DNA of 64,000 nt from Eledone cirrhosa (Eukaryota): NCBI GenBank assembly GCA_964016885.1, contig OZ024762.1:1550001-1614000 (forward strand). The letters are read 5' to 3'. Below, one piece after another: positions 55,135-64,000 of the stretch. The notes beneath the pieces are model-generated. The model was not told the DNA's origin, ran no database searches, and was given only the letters and a program-made list of their open reading frames with translations. The translations under genes were made by a program, and so were the position numbers. Within the stretch, counting starts at the first letter, position 1, and the number at the start of each line of letters is the position of its first letter.

Positions 55135-58113
55135 TTAAAAGAATGTATTTGACTGTCCTGAGAGCTCATACTCTATTCGTTTCATTTTCATCTCGTAATA
55201 TCGTGTTTGAGTCTGGATGCGTTTCTTGTCTGCTAATAACACCTCGTACTGAAGCTGTAGAAGATCTCCCTGAGTGACTGTACCTGCTGAGCTGACAGAA
55301 CTCTGAAGGCAAGATTTGGCTGTATGAGGGGGTAGTGTTGCAGCCAGTGAAGGTGCATGGTTGAGGGCCGACGAAGTCAAGGATGAGGTGGAAATAGGGT
55401 ACGTCCGACCCAAATGAGAATGAGATGACAGTAGGGGCTCTGATGCGGACGCAGCGTTCTGTGACATCATCGATGTAGGAATGACAGTGGCATTGTTGGA
55501 GGACTTTATGAGGAAATTACGACCAGACCTGTTGCGGGAAAACGACCGAGCTGACGACAGCGGAGAAGAGTACATCCTTTTGGTAGACAGGGACATGCCA
55601 GTTAGAGGACGTAATTTGGAAGAGTTGAGTGAAGTGAACGGTCGCTGGGACCTGACGTGTGTCCGTGATGATGTATGTGGAGTTGTGTCGGTGTTGCTGT
55701 CTGTTAAGTTAATAGTAAACTTATGGGAGTTGTAGTCGTAGGAACTGGCAGGGTTCTCAGCCCTGGAAACAGCATTACAGGTCACAGAATCTGATAATAT
55801 TTCCGTACTGGTCACATCAGTTAAAACTCTCTCAACTGGTTCAGTCTGGATTTCTGTACTCAATAAGGGTTCATCCTTTAAAACGGGATCCGGGACTTCT
55901 TCTTTTATAACTAAGAAAATAAACAAAAAAAGCAAAAGTGAGACAATGTGTGGGTGTGTGTGTGAATGTTTGTGTGTATGTGTTTGTATGCATGCATGTG
56001 GATGTGTATTTGTGTGTGTGGGGGGGAAGTGATCATGTGAGCCAGTGTATGAATGTGTATGTGTGGGTGTGTGTGTGTGTGTGGTGCATACATACACACA
56101 TAAACACATAATACAATGTATACATGTACATACATACACACATTCATTTTCACATACAATGGGCTTCCACATAGCTTCCATTTACCAAATTCCTCTCACA
56201 AGGCTATAGTAGAAGACACTTACTTGCCCAATGTGGGGCACTGTGAGATCGGACCCAAAATTTGTGGTTACTAAGACCCCTAAGAAGTGCTAGGAGTGGG
56301 GAAGAGAGAGTGAAAAGACATCACATAAAGGTTCCTCCCTAACTGGAAGCAACTCCACCCCCGATAGCAATAGAGATATGGTTCAGGGGTCAGGAACACT
56401 GGAAGTCTCCATTGCCAGAGGTTTGACCCTCCACCTATCAGAGAGTGGGGGACGATACTTGGACAGTTTTCTCTCTCTTTGGTCTGCCGAGCAGCGAAGC
56501 CTGGGCTGGGAGCCGAACATAGTGGAGTAGGCTACCTACAAGTGGGAGCCCTGCAGGTGGGAGTAACTGTTCCAACTCATCTCCCTTATCATTCTCCAGG
56601 TAAGGTCTTCTGCCTTCTCCATTCTGTCTACTGGGGCCACAAGGTAGACTAACCCTTAAAAAGTGAGCAGTAATTACAGAGCCAAACGTAGTGGAGTAGG
56701 CTACCCTCACCTGTTTCACTTTGGAGGTGAATATTGCACCTGTTTCACTTTGGGGGTGAATATTGCACCTGTTTCACTTTGGAGGTGAATATTGCACCTG
56801 TTTCACTTTGGAGGTGAATATTGCACCTGTTTCACTTTGGAGGTGATTATTGCACCTGTTTCACTTTGGGGGTGAATATTGCACCAGTTTCACTTTGGAG
56901 GTGAATATTGCACCTGTTTCACTTTGGAGGTGAATATTGCACCTGTTTCACTTTGGAGGTGAATATTGCACCTGTTTCACTTTGGAGGTGAATATTGCAC
57001 CTGTTTCACTTTGGAGGTGATTATTGCACCAGTTTCACTTTGGAGGTGAATATTGCACCTGTTTCACTTTGGAGGTGAATATTGCACCTGTTTCACTTTG
57101 GAGGTGAATATTGCACCTGTTTCACTTTGGAGGTGAATATTGCACCTGTTTCACTTTGGAGGTGATTATTGCACCTGTTTCACTTTGGAGGTGAATATTG
57201 CACCTGTTTCACTTTGGAGGTGAATATTGCACCAGTTTCACTTTGGAGGTGATTATTGCACCTGTTTCACTTTGGAGGTGAATATTGCACCTGTTTCACT
57301 TTGGAGGTGAATATTGCACCAGTTTCACTTTGGAGGTGATTATTGCACCTGTTTCACTTTGGAGGTGAATATTGCACCTGTTTCACTTTGGAGGTGAATA
57401 TTGCACCAGTTTCACTTTGGAGGTGAAATTTATGTTGCTTTGTTGGTATTTTGAACGAATATGGCCTTCATAACTGTTTATAAAACAAATTTCACCCCCA
57501 ACACGAGATAGGTGTATTTATTTGTAAAATAACAACCCTCAAAATAATAATAATTGTTTCTTCTTTTGGCACAAGGCCAGCAATTACCCCAGTGTATTAC
57601 TGGTACTTTATTTTATCGAACCGTAAAGAGCCTGATTTCTAGTATAGGCACAAGGCCAACAATTTTGGGAGGAGGGGAAAGTCAATTAAATCGACCCCAG
57701 TGCATTACTGGTACTACTATTACTAATAATAATAATAATTTGGTGCCCTTTAAATATTGTGGGACCCCTGGCAACGATACAGTCAACCCACTTAGATAGA
57801 TAGATAAGTAGATGGACAAACAGGTAGATAGACAGATAGGTAGAAGACAGATAGGTAGAAGACAGATAGGTATATATATAGTTGAAGGAGACAAACAGAG
57901 GTAGAAAAAGTCTTATTAGTTTCACGCTTTACATGGAAAGAGGAAAGAAAGTTTGACGTGTCGGACTTAAGTCCTTCTTCAGGAGTACATTAGAGACAGA
58001 ATCACAAAGGATAGATACAGAAAAAAAAATATATATATATATAATCTAATTAAATAGCTCTGTTCTATACATAGAGCACTCTTTTTTCCTTTGCATTTTC
58101 TTCGGAAATTCTT

Positions 58114-58159
<46 letters not shown>

Positions 58160-58198
58160 AGTGTAAAGAATCCACAGACAAAATTTACCTATATATAT

Positions 58199-58240
<42 letters not shown>

Positions 58241-58244
58241 GTAT

Positions 58245-58342
<98 letters not shown>

Positions 58343-58373
58343 ATATGTATATGTATATATATATATATGTGTA

Positions 58374-58416
<43 letters not shown>

Positions 58417-58417
58417 A

Positions 58418-58513
<96 letters not shown>

Positions 58514-58605
58514 CATATATATAATCAGTACAGAGGGGGAAAAAACAGAATTTTTTATTGCATTGATAGTAAAGTTCGTAAATCAATTAAATAATGTAAT
58601 ACACG

Positions 58606-58671
<66 letters not shown>

Positions 58672-58931
58672 GAGTTAAACAAGATTCAATGAGTACATCA
58701 AAGAATAAGTTTTACAGTAGATTGGAAGCACTCTACAAGTAAATATTTTCCAGGGTTATTAATATTAAAATACAAATATTAATAAAATAGATGTTCTCTT
58801 AACCATTTAACATCTCAGGGTATGTCATGTATCATTATATTTTGTCTGATGAGGACGTACTGTTGTACCTCTGAAATATGTATAATAAAATTTAATTGAT
58901 CAAAAGAACATCTATTTTATTAATATTTGTA

Positions 58932-59014
<83 letters not shown>

Positions 59015-59856
59015 CACTTACCTATTGTAAGGTCGTCTCTAACACCAACGGGATCGTTGGTGAGGTTGCTGTTGTCACCATTAAGGAGATTATTAACAGC
59101 ATTTCCAGTATTAATTAGAGAATTGTTGCTGTTGTTGGCCTGGATATGACTATTGTTGCTGTTGATGATGTTGTTACCGTTTAATGTGGCGGTGGTGCAG
59201 TTGGTGTCCGAAGAGACGGAGGCGGTGTTGGAACCAGCAGTAATCGAATACCCAGGTTCGTTTCCTACCGTGGTAACAACTTGACCAGTGGGACCGACGA
59301 TTCCATCGACAGGTGAGATCACCACAGCACCACCACCTCCACCGCCTCCAGTCAAAGATTCTAGCTGGACATCGAGTAACGATTGCTGTGATGACGATGA
59401 TGATGATTGTGGTAGTAATGCTGTAGCAGGTGCTTGCTGTTGTTGTGATGATTGTTGCTGTTGTTGTTGTTTGTCCGGAGCGATAGGACGAAACCTTACC
59501 ACCCGACTGCCAATCACAGACGGAGCACTTGTGGCTAGGTTTAAACTGTCCAGTTCTTCGAAAGTTGTCCGTAGATTTATCTTCCGTTCGGCGAACATTC
59601 GCCTCGCTTTCCTCTGCATATTTCTCCATTTTTCTTTCACCTCGCTAACCCGACGTCTATTCACGCCGACCACATTAATGGCATCGGTAATTCTTTCCCA
59701 GATCCTCTGCTTTTTCTGGTTCGTTATAGAATTCGTCAATCTAGAGTTCAATATTAACATGTGTTTTTCGTATTCATCTGTTAAGATCGCCACCTCTTTT
59801 TCAGAGAAATTCCGTTTCTTCGATCTTTTCTTAAACAGAAACTTGCTTTCGTTCAT
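55135..59856 (-). CDS. Myb/SANT-like DNA-binding domain protein (MSANTD/NAIF1/TSNARE1-type), ~536 aa; exons 59022-59856 and 55135-55910
   Basis: N-terminal [13 protein letters not shown]...[14 protein letters not shown]...[13 protein letters not shown]. Donor G|GTAAGT at 59022/59021 and acceptor TTCTTAG at 55911 join in phase 1. C-terminal coiled-coil-like [28 protein letters not shown]. Confidence 0.88.
56708..57428. repeat. 29-bp minisatellite (~25 units) in the Myb/SANT gene intron
   Basis: Unit CACCTGTTTCACTTTGGAGGTGAATATTG, with no spacers. Confidence 0.96.
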
Positions 59857-61802
59857 CGTTTCTCCTTTCGTTATTCTGCTATTATTGTTTTTATTATTAC
59901 TATAATATTTATTAATAATATTTAGTTTATACTTTCATGACTCTAACTGGCCCAATGCATGCCGGGACGACGACGCTGTTTTTTTTTTTGTTTTTGCTCT
60001 CTATCTCCCTCTCTCTCTTTTTCTCTACTATCTCTGTCTCTTTCTTTTTCTCTCTCGCTCTATCTATCTTTCTCTGTCTCGCTCTTTAGCTATCTCTCTC
60101 TTTGTCTCACTATCTTCCTCCGTCTCTCTCGTTCTCTCTCTGTATATCTATCTTTCTCTGGCTCTCCCTTTAATTCTCTCGTTCTCTCTCTATCTATCTA
60201 TCTCTATCAATCTGGCTTCTCTCCCCCCTCTCTCTCTCTCTTTCTATCTATCTTTTACCAGTCGTTTTACCACGGGATGGTCGGTAAACTCCGTAAATGG
60301 GACGGACATCACCGACCGTTTTGCTTTTGTACTACTATAAATCCGCCTTAAAAAAAAATAAAGATTATATATCGAAAGTTTATTTTCTTATAATACTTGA
60401 GTAATTTAACAAGAACAAATAAATAAAGATATATATTTATATATAAGTCACTTTGATAAACCGAAGTGTGTAATGGTTAAAATGTTATTAAGGAGCTTTG
60501 ATTGTCTCCCTTGTCTTGTTCATGGAAACGTATTTTCCTGTGAATATTTTAGACTATTTTTAAGAGGGATACCTCGCCACTTCCAGGTTTATTATAATAC
60601 TATATAATATAATATAATATTATAATAGCCTTGCTGTGTGATTAAAGGAAAGAACAAAAACTTGGTTTATTTTTTTTATTACGTTAATGTTGTTGCTTCT
60701 TCTTAATAATAGCGAAGTTAGTGTGAACAAAGTTCTGCAAACATATATATATATATATATATATATACGATATTAAATAAATGGAAACTATATTTATAAA
60801 ACCATATTTATTTCATTATATATATTTCAGGGATATCATATTAAAAATATGGTATGCCTTCTTCAGACAAAATACAATATAAACAGTCTTATAAATAGAT
60901 AGATTTGACATACCTTACAACTTCAACTTCCATTTAAAAAGTTGATTTGGTAGTGAAAAATGTTAGGGACAGTTATAAAAAGAAAGAAAGAAAAAAGCGA
61001 AGAAAAAGAAGAAATGCATGCAACTAAATAGAGAGAGATATTTACTCGTTGTAACCCAACAATTTAAATAAAACTTTGCATATATATATATATATAAATG
61101 AGAGGTATAGAGATTGTTATATATATATTGAAGATCAGCATAAGATGAAACATTTGTTCTCGGTATGGTAAACTAACTGTTGTGGAACTACTTATATATA
61201 CTGTTACTCTTTTACCTGTTTCCAGGTTATATATATATATAATATATTCTTTGCTTAAACTTTAATCTGTTATTTTAATAAATATTTGCTCTACGGTTCT
61301 TATATATTTGATATATGTTTATCCTTATCGAGCCCTCTTTGGATTTTAGTCTTCAAATTTATTATTATTACTATATATATATATATATATAATTCTTGGC
61401 CCACTTATTCATGAAAGGGTCGTGTGGGGTCAGACTCCTCAAACACTCCTCCCAGCAAGTCCTGTCAGAAGCAACAACTGATCTGGTTGGATGCCCCAGT
61501 GAGACCAGCCAAGTTCCTGGATGTTATCCAACCATTTTCCACGAGGTCTACTTCTTGGTGTCCTACCAGTTGGTTTTTGCCTGTAAAATCTGTCCAGTGA
61601 TTCTTTCCAGAGGTATTCTAACCACATCCCCATAGTATCGGAGCTGTGATCTCTCAATTCACTCTAATGTGAAAGCAGAAAGTGTTTGCTTAAACTGTTA
61701 ATCTGTGTCAATATTAGATATTTGCTCTGCAGGTTTCTATATATGTATATATATACAACCCTTATAGAGCCCTCTTCAGATTTTAGTCTTTGTATTTATT
61801 AT

Positions 61803-61841
<39 letters not shown>

Positions 61842-62478
61842 GGTGTTCCCCAAAAATGTATATGCACTTCAACAGCATTCTAATAATAATGTGTATACAT
61901 TTGTTGGGACACCCTGTATATATATATATACACACACATTTATATACAAATAACTGCAAACTCAAGAGAACATCGCTAATGTTTAACTCTTGTACGTTAA
62001 TAGTCCAGAGTAACACAATTGTCTCTCTTTAACTTGTGAGTGCCTAAATACCCTCTTCCCATACAGTTATTAAACTGATAATCAGGGTGGCGTGTTTATA
62101 TCCATGTTATCCCTAATTGAGCTTTTAACGTGTATTTCCCAAGCTAGCATGGGTTAAACTGATTGTCCCGTTGTGAGGCACGTCAGATCAGATGACTGTG
62201 TCTTGCTCTTACAGAACTGTTTCTGGCTCGGTTTCTACAGCTGGATGCCCTTCCTAACGCCAACAACATTTACAGTGTGGACTGGGTGTTTTCTCTCACG
62301 ACCCAGGAACGACCACTTTCGTCTCCCTCCTCACCACCATCAGCTTCTGATTGTTTCTGATCGGGGTCCTACTCGTTCCTATTACCCACTCTACTACCCT
62401 AAGTATTGAGTACTTTGGTGCGTTATGGTCCACCTGGTTCCTTACCACATTTCCTTCGTTATATATATATATATTTAC

Positions 62479-62532
<54 letters not shown>

Positions 62533-62645
62533 ATAAATATATATATAGTTATATATATACACACATACACACACACTATATATGTATATGTATGTGTATA
62601 TATATATATATATACATTATTGTGAGTTTTTAAATTGACCTTTTG

Positions 62646-62678
<33 letters not shown>

Positions 62679-64000
62679 AGGAGGTGTATACATATTTTTA
62701 TTATATATATATATATAATCAAAATATGTATACACCCCCTGCATATATATATATATATGTATATATACACACTTGCACCTCTCTAAGACAATGTCACTGG
62801 ACCTTTGGCACTACGCAGTAATACAGAAGACCCGCCTTGCCTATGTACAGAGCGAAACCTACAGTCAGTAGGTACCTCTTAACCAAATATACACCCCAAT
62901 CCACTACCCCTACTCTATCCTCCCACTCCCACCAACACCACCCTCTCTCTATAAAGTTGGTACCACAACATCCAGTCCAAATATATGAGATAAATGAGAT
63001 CGAGATCAAGATCGTGTAGGTGTCACGAGAAAAAAACACACAGTCCATGCTGTAATGTGGTCGTGTAGGTAACACGGTAAAAAGTTCCCAGTTCCACACT
63101 GTAAATATGGTTGGTGTTAGGAAGGGCATCCAGCCATAGAAAACCTGCCAGATAGGATAGTCCTATATGAGCGAGACATGGTAACCTGACCGACCTTGCC
63201 TCAAGTGGGACAACTCCCGTCTAACCCATGCTAGCATGGAAATTGGACGTTAAGCGGGGATGATGATGAAGATATACACACACATATATATATATAAATA
63301 CATATATATATATATATATATACTTATCAAGTGTGTGTGTGTAGTATTATTTTTAACCAAAACAAACACCACACTATATTATGGAGCAGAGTTGATGGTT
63401 ATTAATAATCTTCCCATGAAATATTACATTGTAGGTTACCAATGGTTTCATGACCTGACAGAGCTCATAGAGAAGGCAAGTAATAATTGCTAGGCACCTC
63501 CACAGTTCATTTATTATCATCATCATCACCGTTTAATGTCCATTTTTGCCATTCTATCATGGGTTAAACGAGATGTCCAGTTGTGAGACATATTAGGTCA
63601 GTTGACCGTGTCTTGCTCATACAGAACTGTTTCTGGCTTGGTTTCTACAGCGGTAACAACAACAACAACAACATCAGTAACACCAATAATAACAACAACA
63701 CCACCACCAACAACAACACCACCAACAACAACACCACCAACAACAACAATACCACCAACAACAATACCACCATCACCACCACCACCACCACCACCACCGC
63801 CCACCAAACACAGAATTACAACAACGAAGCAATTATTGATGTATTTATTTATCTCCAGTTATTTATCTCCGGTTAGTCACAACTTTATCTCGCTTTAGTC
63901 AGCAAATTTACGGAACACTTTGATAACAAACTGATTACAACTACTACAACAACAACAACAACATAAAAGGATGGCTGTGTGACGCCTGTGTGTGAAGTGC

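Noticed and set aside
56708-57428. CRISPR-like 29-bp repeats (also the 42-bp and 41-bp arrays)
   Set aside because: Units are head-to-tail without unique spacers, there are no cas genes, and the context is eukaryotic.
59288-59905. 205-aa + strand ORF
   Set aside because: Antisense shadow of the Myb/SANT exon.
61685-61810. Possible hammerhead in another TA-associated repeat family (CUGAAGA...GAAAC; copies ~19370, 21970, 61250)
   Set aside because: Stems I and III cannot be formed convincingly in any copy.

Overview
AT-rich, repeat-dominated animal genomic DNA. The SINE, LINE and microsatellite content suggests an octopod cephalopod (inference). Most ORF-track entries are translations of (TA)n, (CA)n and triplet repeats. 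Supportable genes: (1) the first coding exon of UBE2H (-), ending at a U12-type minor-spliceosome donor; (2) two tandem, divergent paralogues encoding ~125-aa secreted proteins with a shared 8-Cys framework that I do not recognise (34.2-37.0 kb, +); (3) a non-muscle/smooth-type myosin regulatory light chain with three coding exons (50.1-52.1 kb, +), whose second coding intron is packed with RFX X-box-like motifs; (4) a two-exon Myb/SANT-like (MSANTD/NAIF1-type) gene (55.1-59.9 kb, -). The non-coding DNA holds tRNA-derived SINEs, RTE and CR1/L2-like LINE remnants, several MITEs, minisatellites (two traceable to the transposons they arose in) and several unrelated families of minimal type I hammerhead-ribozyme motifs, some apparently intact. 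All coordinates were read by eye, and repeat boundaries are approximate.
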